From NCBI GenBank assembly GCA_002189035.1, contig NEEC01000013.1, forward strand, positions 620,001 through 684,000: DNA of 64,000 nucleotides, written 5' to 3'. The notes beneath the pieces were generated by a model, which was given only the letters and a program-made list of their open reading frames with translations, searched no databases and had not been told where the DNA came from. Source of the DNA: Utricularia gibba (taxonomy: Eukaryota > Plantae > Magnoliophyta). The translations under genes were made by a program, and so were the position numbers. This document shows, piece by piece, positions 50,950 to 63,828 of the stretch; the stretch's first letter is position 1, and each line of letters opens with the position of its first letter.

Positions 50950-53900
50950 CCTACATAGGCGGCACTTGTGGATTGTGAGCCACTTGATGTATATTACCTT
51001 GACTTGCTCTTCACCTATTCCATGCTTGACTTCCACCAACAGAAGCTGTGACGTCTTCTATATGATTCAATTCCCCAGCTTCATTCTAGAAGTCCAATGG
51101 GACCTCATCCTCTAGGGGATTGATGACCATCCCCTTTCAAGTCAGGTTGTGGAGTAAAGCACATGCCAATACTATCTGATTCTGTCTATGTACCGAATAG
51201 TAGCTAGTTGACCGTAGTATATCTCACTACATCTTCAATAAGCACTAAGCTCATTCGATCACATTACTTGTTGATGCGTGCCGCATGTTGAATAGTTCTA
51301 TCGCATTCTATGGTACTCCACTTCCCTGTCCCCACTCCTTCAAGTGATAACAAACTCTGCAGTATGTGGAGTTCGGCTGGTTCAGAACCGAACCGTGGTT
51401 TGAACCAGAACCATTGGTTTGGTTCCAGTTCCAAACTGGAACCAATATACCACATGGATTTCAGTTTCAACCTGGAACCAAAGAGTGGTTCTAGTTCAAT
51501 TTGAGTAATTGAAGAACCGAAACTATCGATTCAATGCTTATTATTATTTTTTTAAAAAAATAAATTGTTTAATGCGACATATGAAATGCAACAACAGTTT
51601 AAAGTTAATGTGTATTTGCTTAAATCATGATTTACGACACTTTGAGATGCTCAAGTTGATGATCATATTTATTTATTGTATGAAGGCTTAGACAACGGCT
51701 ATGTAATTAGTGAAACTAAGTAATGGTAATTGGTAGTAAATGGTGATCATTATATTGTTCTTATTTGTTCTTGGATAGATAGTAAATGAATTATGCATTA
51801 AAGAATTTTAGCTTTTAAACCTTAGGAATTACCACATAATGCTTCTGCTATTGCTAAGTTTATTACGGATGTTTGCAAAAATTGTGATATTTTTGAATGA
51901 ACTATTTCGATTTCTTTAGATAATGCAAGTGCAAACACTAATGCTAATGAAATTTTAAAAGTTGATATGAATCCTCTTTTAAATAGTGTATTGTTTATAT
52001 ACAAGATGTGTTTGTCATATTTTAAATTTATGTGTTCAACGTGGATTAAAAAGTTGTGAATCAATTTTGATTTTGATGAGAAATGTTGTGACTATTTTAA
52101 AGTCTAATGGTGTTAGAAAACAACAGTTTAAGCTTCTTTGTAGTACTTATGGCATTTCCTACAAAAAAATTCAAATTAGATTGTTCCATTAGATGGAATT
52201 CGACTTGTACTTTATTGGAAACTATTATTTCTTTTGAGAAACCTTTAATTGTTTTTCTTGAAATGATGCAAATTTCTTCTCAAGAATTGCTTACAAACAA
52301 TTTCACTACTTTGAAGTGCCTTACAAAATTATTAGAAATATTTTATTATTGCACAAATCTTTTAAGTGGTACTTATTATCCAACTTCACATCTTGTAGTT
52401 CAATGTATGAATCAAATTGTATTTGTTTTTTTCGAAATTTTCAAGCAATTCTTATTGTAGAGAAATGATTAAACCTAGAACACAAAATCTTTGAAATATT
52501 TTCAACAAATTCCATATTTATTTCTTGTGGCAACAATTTTTGATCCTAGAATTAAAGTAAAAGGTCTTGATATTATGTTAATATCTATTTCTAAGCATAT
52601 GAATACTCATAATAGTGCATCTAATATTGGTTCAGATGATTTTATATTTTTTTATGTGTATCATATGAATTCTTCAACTATTGAAATTATTTCTTCAATG
52701 TATGTATTATATGAGCAAAATTATTCCTACTTCTTTTACTTCTACATCTAATTCAAATTCTATGTCTCTTTCGGCATTTACTTTTTCAATGACGAATGAA
52801 CAAGAACATGTAAACCATATTTCTTCTTCCTCCACATGTAATGATTTTGCTTTTTATAGTAGGCACCTACCGTAATTTCAATGGATAATCATTTTGATGT
52901 TTTGAGTTGGTGGAAATCCAATACCAAAAATTACCCCATCTTGGCTAAATTAGCCAAAGATATCTTCACTCCTCCGGCATCCACTATTTCATTGGAGAGT
53001 GCTTTTAGTGTAGGTGGTCGAACACTCACAAGTAAGAGATCGAGATTGAGAAATAATACTTTAGAAGCATGCATTTGTATCAAGAGATTGGATTATGGTT
53101 AATTGAAGGTCACAAACACATTATGTGGATTGTGAGGATGATGATGAGGAGGAGGACGATGAGATCGAACAAGGAAATGAAGAATAAATGTTTTTTTTTA
53201 TTTTATAATATTGGTTTTTTCATTGTAATACATTTATTATCAATTATAAGTTAAATTTTATCTCAATTAAAAAAAATTCATATTTGATGGTTCTAACTAG
53301 AATTGGAACTGAAAACCAGAATCACAATTCTAGCAGTTCCGATTCCTGTTCGGTTCCTCAAAATTCTAATGGTTCCGAAACAAGAACCAAAACTGAAAAG
53401 AAAAAGAACCAAAGAACCGGAACCGGTCGGTTCTTGTTCAACAATAGAACCGAACTGAAACTGGCGGTTCCGGAACCAGCCGAACTCCTGCGGTATGGCA
53501 GCAAGAAGCCCTCCCTATTAGTATACTCATTATCGCATAGGTAATATGTTCATGTGTCATCACATATCCATTTCCATAAATGATCGAAATAATATGCAGA
53601 GTCTAAAAAGTCAAATACCTGGGTGTACATGGAAGTCGTCGGATCTTGAGAGTACATTGTTTAGCACTTAACTGTCTGCAACAGACCCCTCCCACCCGGT
53701 AAGAACATATATGAATTTCATTTCATGTCTTCATTACATACACCCAACACGTTGGTGTATATCACACCCTTTTGATTTCTATACCTTGCAGTTTCAGATT
53801 TCTTCACTCGCATACACGCCCCCAACACAATCTTGAACATACATAGTCAATTATAGGCACATTCTAAAAAACATGTATGGAAGTATTTGTTCCTTGAGAT

Positions 53901-54350
53901 GCACGTTCTCCAACAGTTACTGGGGCTTCAGTAACACCTCATGAAGGCAACGGTCCGCGTACAACACATTTTAGAAGCAACGAGACAGAGTCTCGGTGCT
54001 CCTCTTATAAACATGCTTTTGCGCTCGCATTTTTTTTATGGTGACTTAAGATTCCTAAAAACATGCAAACCATCTCCGGAACTAGAACAAATTTCCCAGC
54101 CCTTAAATGCGTACGATTTTCTAACAAGCTATGTAAAATACTGAAGGCATCTTGGGTGATTCTCAAGTTCTCAATTGCTGTGTTGTTCACATCACTCACC
54201 AACCTACTAATATAATCAATTTTTTTAGGAATCTTGTATGTAACCTACATCTCACCCAATATCCTATATGATATTTTTTCCAATATAAGTATATTAACAC
54301 ATTCATCTTAACCAAGTCTTTGGTTAATACCATTGCAATCGCACTGAAGA
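50950..54350 (-). pseudogene. PIF/Harbinger DDE transposase pseudogene, interrupted by a hAT element
   Basis: ENLRITQDAFSILHSLLEN...MFLGILSHHKK; RYRNQKGVIYTNVLGVC...FIYVLTGWEGSVAD; GFLLPYR|RVCYHLKEW across the insertion; ELFNMRHAS..NVIE. Confidence 0.85.
51368..53488 (+). mobile_element. hAT (Ac-like) element with TIRs and defective transposase
   Basis: TIR GGAGTTCGGCTGGTTC at 51368 and its complement ending at 53488; GAACC/GGTTC subterminal repeats; degenerate 8-10 bp TSD (TGCAGTATGT / TGCGGTATGG). Motifs DNASAN, RCVCHILNL, RWNST, DPRIK, WWK..YPILAKLAKDIF..ASTISLESAFSVGGR (hAT dimerisation domain). Confidence 0.92.
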
Positions 54351-54800
54351 TGACATGACTCTCACTGGAAAAATCCATGTCCCCTCAAAACTCCAAAAAA
54401 CCAAACGAAAAAAAATCCACACACACAACACCAGCAGTTTTGAAATTGGAAAATCATATAACACAGCAATAGGATGCATCGGCACTAGACAAACCCAACA
54501 ACATCATAAAACACATGTGGCAGATTACCCACCCGTTTGCGCCCAAAGCACACGATTGCGACACCACAGGGAATTCGCAATGCTTGTGTCTGGTTTCTGT
54601 TAATCTGCATTCAAATTTACACGAGGTTGAGGGTAAAATTGGAAGCAAAACCCTTGTTTAGCAAAACCAACCATCCCCTTCCATTAAGCTAAACCCAACT
54701 CGATGGATTCTTACCAAGTGTTTAGGCAAACCCGTCTGAAACCCATGTCTTAAACGTGGGTCTATCCATAAACCCACATGGAAACCCACCTAAATTGTCC

Positions 54801-54814
54801 AACCAAACACGTCC
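54801..54814 (-). mobile_element. PIF/Harbinger right TIR followed by TAA
   Basis: AACCAAACACGTCC then TAA; reverse complement GGACGTGTTTGGTT. Harbinger elements insert at TAA/TTA. Confidence 0.7.
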
Positions 54815-55244
54815 TAAATGTTATTTGGATTGAGTGCATAATTTTTTTATTTGAAATTTGTATTATTAGTTGATCTTTGTCTGTTATTTCGATTGAGTGT
54901 AAGTTTTTTATATGAAATTTGTATTATCAATCGATCTTTACATGTTATTCGAATCGAATGCATATTTTTTTTATTTAAAATTTGTATTATAATTCAATTC
55001 TTAGGTATTATTTGGATTGAGTGCAAAATGCAAATTATTAAAATTTACAAACATTTCGAGATTGATGGTGATTCTGCAAGTGCACAGAAACCGTCGAAGT
55101 AATAAAATAAGATCGTATACATAGGAAATTGTTATTGGAATATTCTTTTCAAAACAAAGAGTTAAAAAGATTGGAAACAAAAGAAAGATTTGGTTTTTTG
55201 AAGACAATAAGAAAAGTGGTCTTGGATCTAAGATCCACCTTACT

Positions 55245-56250
55245 TGAAACTCACTCTTGCGTGTGTGCAAATCTTGAAGACTAACCTGCTTGCGCAAGCT
55301 TTAGGGGTGTTATGCTAAAGTAGTGCTACTCGGTGACCGTTATAGCACCGTCCCTTGTTTTGTGGGATTATGGAATCAGCCACTCCACCAGAGCCATTTC
55401 ACCTCTTATGATAACCCATGTTTTCCCTACACCCAAATCTAACCTGTACACCTCACACCTCGCAGACATATTAGACAGAATGTGCCTTAACAACGATGTC
55501 CGATTGGCTCCTTCTCCTTAGGTGCTTGAGGCCAAACTTTGATTCTCCCACACTCCCTTAGGGTTATATGGTAATAAAGATCACGTTGGTAAAGAAAACG
55601 TTGCGAAAAACAGAATCAAACCTCAAATTAAATGCTAAAAAACATAGTAAGACTGTCACACGCGTAGAACTTGCGCAAGCAAGACTTCATAGCAGTCCTC
55701 AGCCACAAGCGCTCACACGCGCATGCTTGACTCTAAACAACAAAAGTTGATGAAAAACAAAAGGGAGGACATCCAAAACATGCTAGACTCGACTCTAAAC
55801 CTTAATTTGTCTCTTTGGTCGTCCACCACTTGACTCCCTTTAGGTCTTCGCGTTTGAATCTTTATATAATGGTGGGGATTTGTCGGACTTTCTTGATGGG
55901 CTCGCATCAAATCTTCTATCCGAATCTTTGAAGATTTGATACAAATCTTCTAGGATGAGATCCAATTTCTCTAAGATAAGATGCGAATCTTATCTTATAC
56001 GAGAATCTTTGACCGAGTCTTCATCCGGGTAGACCAAATCTTAGCCTCCATCAAAGTAGCTGGAAAATCCTCCAAATTATTCCAAATTCGTCCTGAAAAA
56101 TACAAAACACACTTTCCCTCCAAAAATATCAAAATGGTATGAAAGATATAAACTTCTAAAAACATAAGGAAAGTGGGGTAAAAAGAATGTAAAACTCATA
56201 TAAAAGAATCCTAAAAAGCACAAATATAAGTGACATAAAATCACTTATCA
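55245..56250 (-). mobile_element. Athila-like solo LTR, best-preserved of three family copies
   Basis: Minus-strand start TGATAAGTG (plus CACTTATCA ending 56250); homologous to 22800-23790 and 32440-32892. TSD not confirmed. Confidence 0.65.
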
Positions 56251-57199
56251 GAAATCTATAGGCAACTACAAGACCTCATATGGGTGACTAGAGTAAGCAT
56301 TTATGGCCCCAATTGTAGTGCATATGGGTGCTTTATGAAAACTTGTCTAAATAATGACTTAATTAAGTTGGAAATAGTCTCCTAATCATTCAAAAAATAG
56401 AATTATACTAAGGGTTTATATAATTACAAGTGACCCATGACTCCCACTTTGAAAATGACCTTGAACCCTAATGGAAATCTGGTTATTTAGTTTATCAATT
56501 GCTCTATGCTTTACTTAGGTGTAACATTTTGTAAACCCACTAAGCAAGTACACATCTACTCATATTGTCCACTATTTAAAAAACCCTAATTACCTCACTT
56601 TCTTCAACTTAAAAGCGACAGTGTGACCTCCTCCCGCTTTCAATATTCGGCAAATTAAAAAAAGTGCTAAATTATTCAGCTTTTTCTGCTAAACTATGTT
56701 TGAAATTGAAGTTCCCATATGCATTTTCTGTAATTTGTTTGTTGATACCATGTTTATGGGTGTTTGTAGATGCATAATTCAAAGAAACTGAAAACTAAAT
56801 TCTTGATATTGAATGAGTACGAGATTTGTGATAAAGAATCCCATGAGATGATTAATGATGAACTCCCAATCCTTATAGATCCAATGGGGTTTGCATTAAG
56901 CATAAAGTATTTTTGTTGTGGTTTACGGTTGCCATTTTTTTCCATTTTTAGAAGACTAGAATGCTTAGAGATACCTTTGTCTCATTTGAGTCCAAGGCTA
57001 TGCATTGGTATTTGAGAATATTTGCACTGAGTTGTGTCTTGACATAGAAATTCTATAATTTTTGCTATGAAAGAGGTGAAGAGAGGATTCGAAGAACAAC
57101 GGATTAGTTTTGTTGAAATTCGTCCTCCAATGAAACCAAAATTTCCTCAAAGGTACATTAATTTGAGTCAAGTAGGCAAAACCAAAAGTAAATGTTTTA

Positions 57200-58090
57200 A
57201 TGCATATTTTGTAGAAATGTGACTGAAAATATGTCATTATTTTTTTCATATTCTTCTTGTAGGATTTGATACTTTGAGTAAGAATGATGCATCAGATCTC
57301 ATATGTATCTTTTCAAGTATGCAAGGATATTTTAGTAATATTCTACCACCATTTGTGGATGCATTGGGAACAAAATGCTACTGATGCAGTGTTTTAAAGA
57401 ACCCGAGATTTCACAAGAATGATATAGATACAACTAAGGATAAGAGGGCATGGGAGGTTCAAGATCTAAAGGGGGAAAAGCATGATGCGCATGTGATTGT
57501 AGATTATAGAGTTGCATGTTGCAGGGAGGAAAATGAAGTCCATCGGATCATAAACATTTAAAGAAGATGATGAAGAGGAAGAAATGGATGAACTATATTT
57601 CCTACTAATAATGTCCAACATATCGCAACTGCCAAAATTGAATTATTACATGTTCTAAGTATAAAAACACTTAATTTAGTATATCTAGTAGCATAAATAA
57701 TCTATATATAATATGTATATCATTGATTCTCCAATAAGATGTGATTCTATCTATGATATATTGATATTACAATTATTCTTAATGAAAATGTTCTGATTAA
57801 TTTTTGTGAATCTTTCACGGGTTATAATTTCTTGATTCATTTCTTTTTGAAAATTAAGAAGTTCAATGAATTTATTACAAACATTTTACTTTTGTACAAA
57901 ATTTTTGAGTATTCTTTATTATCCAATTTTACAACTTGTACTTTTATATATTTGTAAATATCCTTTGTTTTTATTATCATCAAGATGATAGTGATTTTCT
58001 AGGAGATGTAGTGCGAGATATTACAATTAAGTTTTTAAAATATTTTGATAAAATTTTACCTTTGTTTCTTATTACACCGATTTTGAATCA
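57200..58090 (+). pseudogene. hAT transposase remnant, C-terminal half
   Basis: DDSDFLGDVVRDITIKFLKYFDKILPLFLITPILN resembles hAT M...KFxKYW...L..A.ILDPR; heavily decayed. Confidence 0.4.
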
Positions 58091-58140
58091 GAGGGTTCAA
58101 TCGAACCCTATAATAGGGTTGTTATAACGATGAAAACCTT

Positions 58141-61100
58141 TGATGGGGTCCAAATCGGACTGGGTTAACCGATCCTTGAAAAGTAGCCAAAAGGGTGTTT
58201 TGATACCCTAATGCAGATCGACAGACTGATAACTATCAGGGTTTGTCAGCAGCGGCCATTTTGGACAGGTTAAAAAGTAGCCGAATTACAGCAATGGCGG
58301 GGCAGTCGCCAGCTATCTGAAGGCAGAATCACAATATGTACAACAGGCGCAGAAAGCAGCTGACAGTTGCGAAATTCAGAATTTGGCCAGGCTCAACTCA
58401 CCTATAAATCCGAGAAACATTACAGTGAAAGGGGTTGGACGCTAAGTACTCCATCTTGTATTTTCCCCATCTCCGTCAAGTGAAGATCTTTTTTGACGAG
58501 CTCCGACAACTCTTTGGTTTTTCCGTTCTCCGATGGTTTCCACATAAAAAACCTCTGTCTATCTCCATTTCTGCTAACTAAACCAAGTAAAACACCAAAA
58601 CCGCAACTGGGTATGCACATCTAACTGCACCCATAACCCGAAAATCGGCCCCCCCTTGGATATTACTGAAGTGGTGAGGAAATACAAGGTATGCCAATAT
58701 CATGCGAGCATGCCAAGAAAACCGGTAAACAACCTGACCACTCTACCACTCTCGTGCGCATTTGACCGCTGGGGGATAGACCTCATGGGACCTTTCCCCC
58801 AAACCTCTGGCCAAAGGAAATTTATTATCGTGGGGATCGAATACTTCTCCAAATGGGTAGAAGCAGAAGTTGTGGCAAAAATATCGGAGGAAACCGTTAT
58901 CCAATTTCTATGGAGGAGCATCTTCATCCGATTTGGAGTACTGTGGGAGATCGTAACCGATAATGATTCTCAGTTCGCTGGGGGAAAATGGATACATTTT
59001 TGGACAAATACTTGGTTAAACACAACTTCACCTCAGTGTATCACCCTCAGAGTAACGGTCTTACAGAGGTTACAAACCGGACTCCCAGGCAAGGTATGAA
59101 AACCAAACTTGAGAATTTTGGGGGTTCGTGGGCAGACCGTTTGGATGAGGTGTTATGGTGATATTGCACCACCCCTCAAACCACTATAGAAGAGTCTCCC
59201 TTCTCATTGGTTTACGGATCAGAAGCCGTATGCCTGATCGAGTTGACACAGAAGAGCTACAGAATAGAACACTACAATGAAGAAGAAAATGCCGATCTAC
59301 AAAATCATACAATTTTCAAATCTGAAAAATCAAAGAAAGTAAAGGCAATATGCAAAAGCTAAGTGAACTGAAGGAAGGAATCCCAAATCAGGACCTCAAA
59401 ATGTACGAAAAACCCCCAAATCGAGGGCAAAAAACATCAGTCTCAAAAGAAAAAAATTAAGGTTCAGGAAGGGGCTCCGTGGAGGGACGTGTCCCTCTAG
59501 CCTTGCCCTCAGCTTGACCTCGTTTTCCTGCTGGACTCTAGCCCGAATCAGCACCATTAGGCGCTCTCGATCTGCTTCGAACCCGAACTCTGGGGCCTAA
59601 TACACGTCCATGATAGCGTCAAGCATGTTTTCATCCTTCATCAGGGGGTTGATCCTGTCGAAGCGTGGATCGGTGATTGACAGCCTGAATTCCTAGCTGA
59701 ATTGGTGCCTTTGCCGATATATTGCAACTTAGGGAGGCAGAACTTGGCTACCTCTATGCTTCTTAGAAGGTTTCTGTGCGCAAACCTTAACCCTTTTTCT
59801 TTTCTTTTGAGTTGAGGGCCAAGTAGAGGACTCAGGAGCCAGATTAGAGGGGAGAGGGGGTATCAGATCAGAGGTGGGAGGTGCTGCCGAATTAGAGGGA
59901 ACGTTGTGTGGAGATTGCAAGAGAAGCCAATACTCCAAGTCGGAACCCAGAGGAATAAGGAAATTGGGCCACTGTCCATCTCAATTGCGACCGAGAATCC
60001 CGCAAGCCGATAAGGAATCTCGTGAAAGCATCAAGGCCCGAGACTCATACCAAACCGAACACTCACCCAGCCTGCAATAAACTTCCCTGCGGGATTCATT
60101 CGAGAAGTGGAATCGGCCAAACGGTTTAAACTTCAAAGGAGAGGGGGGCTTTACCGGGAAATTCCAGCTGGCCCCCAATGGTGGAGCAACCCGAATAAAG
60201 GAAGACCACCAATTGTGATGGGCCTTGAGGATGAAATCGGGGTGATCCTGAAATCGGAGAAATTGAAAATGTGAAAAACCGTGCATTGGGCGTTTAGCCT
60301 TACGGATTGCAACCTTGAAAAGTTGGAAGAAGTCCACTAGGGTCACACCTGAATCCATACCCACCGAATAAAAGAGAAAGGTGGTGAAGCAAAAGATTGA
60401 ATTCGCGGACAGGCAGTAAAGCAGAATGGCAAACATATGAAGAAATTGGACAATAAGGGGATGAAATGGGAATCAGAGCCCACTTTCTAAGTAGGCAATG
60501 AGAATAGGAAGACTAAAGCGGGGAAGAGGCCTCTCTCCCACACCCCAAGATATTTGGCAGTCCTGAGCTTGACTAAGGATGTATTTGCCGGGGATAGAAT
60601 ATTTGGACCGAATAGCGGAGATATTCAACTCACTGGATTTTCTACCCACCTCGTTTTCGGGAGTCAGAGAGGAAAAATATTCTGAAGGGATTGAAAGAGA
60701 AGAATGGAAACCCTAGGGGGTAATAGAACAAGGGAGAGGAAAAACTCAACGAACAAACGAAGCGCTAAGCTAATCGAGGAATACAGGAAAAAGTGAGGAA
60801 CTTACGGGTACCTGAAAAATTCATGATTTCCAGTGGGTATCACGGCGGTGAGGTACGACAGAGCACGATGAAGCACGAAAAGAACTGAAGTCTCACGAGC
60901 ACAAAGAAGGAGAAAAGGGGGAAAAATGATGGGAGGACATATTTATAAGAGAGATATTCAGAAGACAAAACGACGCGTCGTTTGAGGTACCCAAAATTAG
61001 CGGGAAAAACGTGGAGCGCCCAAGAGACAACGTGTGGCATAGAGGTCAGTTTAAATCGGGTTGGGACTTATTCATTGGAATTGGCATGCCTGATAGCGAT

Positions 61101-61685
61101 ATAGTGGTGATTCTGATTCACTGATTTACCCCGAGGGGCCAATATCGGTAAATCAAAGGGGCTGAATGATGGGGTCCAAATTGGACTAGGTTAACTAGTC
61201 TTTGAAGAGTAGCCAAAAGGGTGTTCTGACACCCTAATACAGGCCGACAGACCGATAATTATCAGAGTTTGTCAGCGGTGGTCATTTTTGACAGGCTGAA
61301 AAGTAGCCGAATTACGGCATTGGCAGAGCAATCGACGGCTATCTGAAGGCAGAATCACAGTATGCACAACAAGTGCAGAAAGTAGTTAACACTTGCAGAA
61401 TTCAGGATTCTCTCAACTCACCTATAAATGCAAGAAATATTATAGTGGAAGGGTTTAGACTCTAAGTATTCCATCTTGTATTTTCCCCATGTTCGTCGAG
61501 TGAAGATCTTTTCCGGCGAGCTCCCACAGTTCTTTGGTTTTTCCATTCTCTGACGGTTTTCATGTAAAAAACCTCTATCTATTTCCATTTCTGCTAACCG
61601 AACCAAGTAAAACTCCAAAACAGCAACTGGGTACGGCGCATCCAGCCGCACCCATAACCCGAAAATCGACCCCCCTCTGGGATAC
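58141..61685 (+). mobile_element. Internally deleted Ty3/Gypsy Tat/Retand-like retrotransposon
   Basis: Two ~520-bp LTRs starting TGATGGGGTCCAAAT (58141 and 61167); purine tract AAAGGGGCTGAA before the right LTR; integrase fragment (DRWGIDLMGPFP...EYFSKWVEAE, VTDNDSQF) at 58660-59280; antisense Transposase_28-like ORF at ~59460-60480. Confidence 0.88.
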
Positions 61686-62419
61686 TGTAATTATTTCTAC
61701 AATGTATATAGCATTTAAAATTATTTTTTCTGTTAGTAATCAAATTATAAATGATTTTCGATCTTTTTTCTCAATTAAAACATATGATATGCTAATTTGT
61801 ATTAAAAATATTATATTTATATTAAATCATAATAAGTTTTAACTATAAAACAATGACTATTGGAATAATTAATATATTTTTTATTTCTAAAATTACTATT
61901 TAATTATTTTATTTGTTATATACTTTATCAAAAAAAATTACTATTATAAATTTTTGTATTTAAATTACTATCAAATTTTTGTATTATCATAAATTACTAT
62001 CGATCATTATAAAAGTAAGATATAAAATTATATTGAGTTATTTTTTTCCACAATTATGTGATAATGTCCAACTTTTAGGATGTAATTTTGTAATTTTTCT
62101 TTCGATCTTGTGTTCCCTTATTGAATAAGTTACTCAATTGAAGTTGTTTGAATTTTTATAGAAGATTCGACCAAAATTTTCTCTACCATTGATGGTTACG
62201 TCTACCATTTTCAACTTTAAATGTTGACACATGTTTTGCAGCCTTTCTATTTAAACCACACCCCTCAAATATAAGACTAGTAGGCTTCCTCATTAACCAC
62301 TACAAATGCAATGAATACTATCTTTTCAGCTGCATCAATTTGTAACTGTGATAAACATCTTATGCTTGTATTTTGCATATTAATGGGCAACATAAATTGA
62401 TATTATTTGCAAGAAATTT

Positions 62420-62850
62420 TCCAAGGATATGCATGGATGCAACACGAAATGGCCAAAATGCATGATACAATGTATTTGTCAACGAAGATTGATTTCGTTA
62501 ATTATAGCGTATTTGTCAACAAAAGCAACAGTGAATCCATCGGCTAAGGCAAAGATACCACTGGAGAAGCATCTAGCTTCAAGATTTACGGCATGAACTA
62601 CACCTTCAAAGAATACAGCAAAGAGAGCAGCACATTCGCAAGTTACATCAACGAGACCTCACCCGTACAAGCGTCCATGGCGGCTGCCAGCACATTTTTA
62701 CCGCGTGTAATAGTTTCTGAATTCCCATTTTCCTCCGCGATCAAGAAGACCTTCCATGCAGTCGATGATTCCAGCACTGCGAAAATGGTAACCGATGCCC
62801 TCCACGAATGCGAACGAGCGCCGAGCCATTCTGTTCCCAAGATTCGGGTC
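62420..62850 (+). pseudogene. Polygalacturonase-1 beta-subunit-like (BURP domain) gene fragment
   Basis: GKDTTGEASSFKIYGMNYTFKEYSKESSTFASY (FxxY repeats) joined to FLPRVIVSEFPFSS..KKTFHAVDDSSTAKMVTDALHECERAPS, matching the PG1beta BURP start (FLPRSI.SKLPFS...FHA..NSTM...I..A..ECER.PS). Truncated at both ends. Confidence 0.7.
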
Positions 62851-63290
62851 TACGAAAAAAGCGGGTATTTTGGATCCCACTGTATTGCATCTGCACTTTT
62901 TTATGATCATCTAGAATTTTAAAAAAACATGTAAACCCTGTACCCCAAAGTAACATTTCACAATAAATTTGAACCATTTTGCAACAGACAACATAATATC
63001 TCAAAAGTATTTATGTTAATTATCAAGTTCTCTATAGATGTGTTGATCAAATCAATAACTAATATACTAATATATTGTACTTGTTTCGAAATCTTGTTTG
63101 TGATAGAATATATGTATCTCATCTTATGCCCTGCATGACAATGTTTCTCATATAAGTATATTAATATATTCATCTCAAACAAAGAATCTATTAATACTGT
63201 TAGAATCGCACTCAAGACAACATGCCATGAACAATTCATGTGGCCCACAACACACAAGAAATCAAAGGCGAGAAAACCCACGAACACAAA
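62850..63290 (-). pseudogene. PIF/Harbinger transposase 5' fragment related to 53950-54380
   Basis: Colinear with 54000-54380 (e.g. ATATAAGTATATTAA.A.ATTCATCT...AATCGCACT.AAGA); translation INTSIENL...FFKILDDHKK. Confidence 0.65.
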
Positions 63291-63716
63291 ATGAAAAATA
63301 TAATAAAAAAATCAAAACATAGTTCATTATGTGATGCACGTCTGTTTTAAAAAAAGAGAGATTATTGTTTGATGAAGGGCAAAATTGGAAGATTTGAGCC
63401 GTATTTACACACCACTCTTCATTTATGCAAATCGGCCGAACTGGTTTCCATTGGATGTACACCCAACATGCGACTTTATTTAGAATATTGGATTTACTGA
63501 CAAAAAGAAATTGATATGGAATTTTATAGGTGGATCTAAAATATTATGATTATTGATTTATAATTATTGAAAGTCCAATAAAAGAAATATAAATTACAAT
63601 CATATATCCCATTTAATACCACCTTTCATGTCCGTTTAAATTTCAAGGTTTCACACTTTTGGTACGAAAGTCCTCATATAAAACCCAGATACATTGAACC
63701 ACCGAAGCAGACACGA

Positions 63717-63797
63717 AAACAACGACTTTGACAAAGCAAAAGGCAGTGCAATAGACTAAACAACGACTTGGACAAAGCCAAAGGCAGTGTCATAGAC
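63717..63797 (+). repeat. Imperfect 41-bp tandem duplication in the 3' UTR of copy 3
   Basis: AAACAACGACTT(T/G)GACAAAGC(A/C)AAAGGCAGTG(CA/TC)ATAGAC starting at 63717 and 63758. Confidence 0.85.
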
Positions 63798-63828
63798 CGG
63801 AGGTTTTCCCGTCAACCGGAGACGGAAA

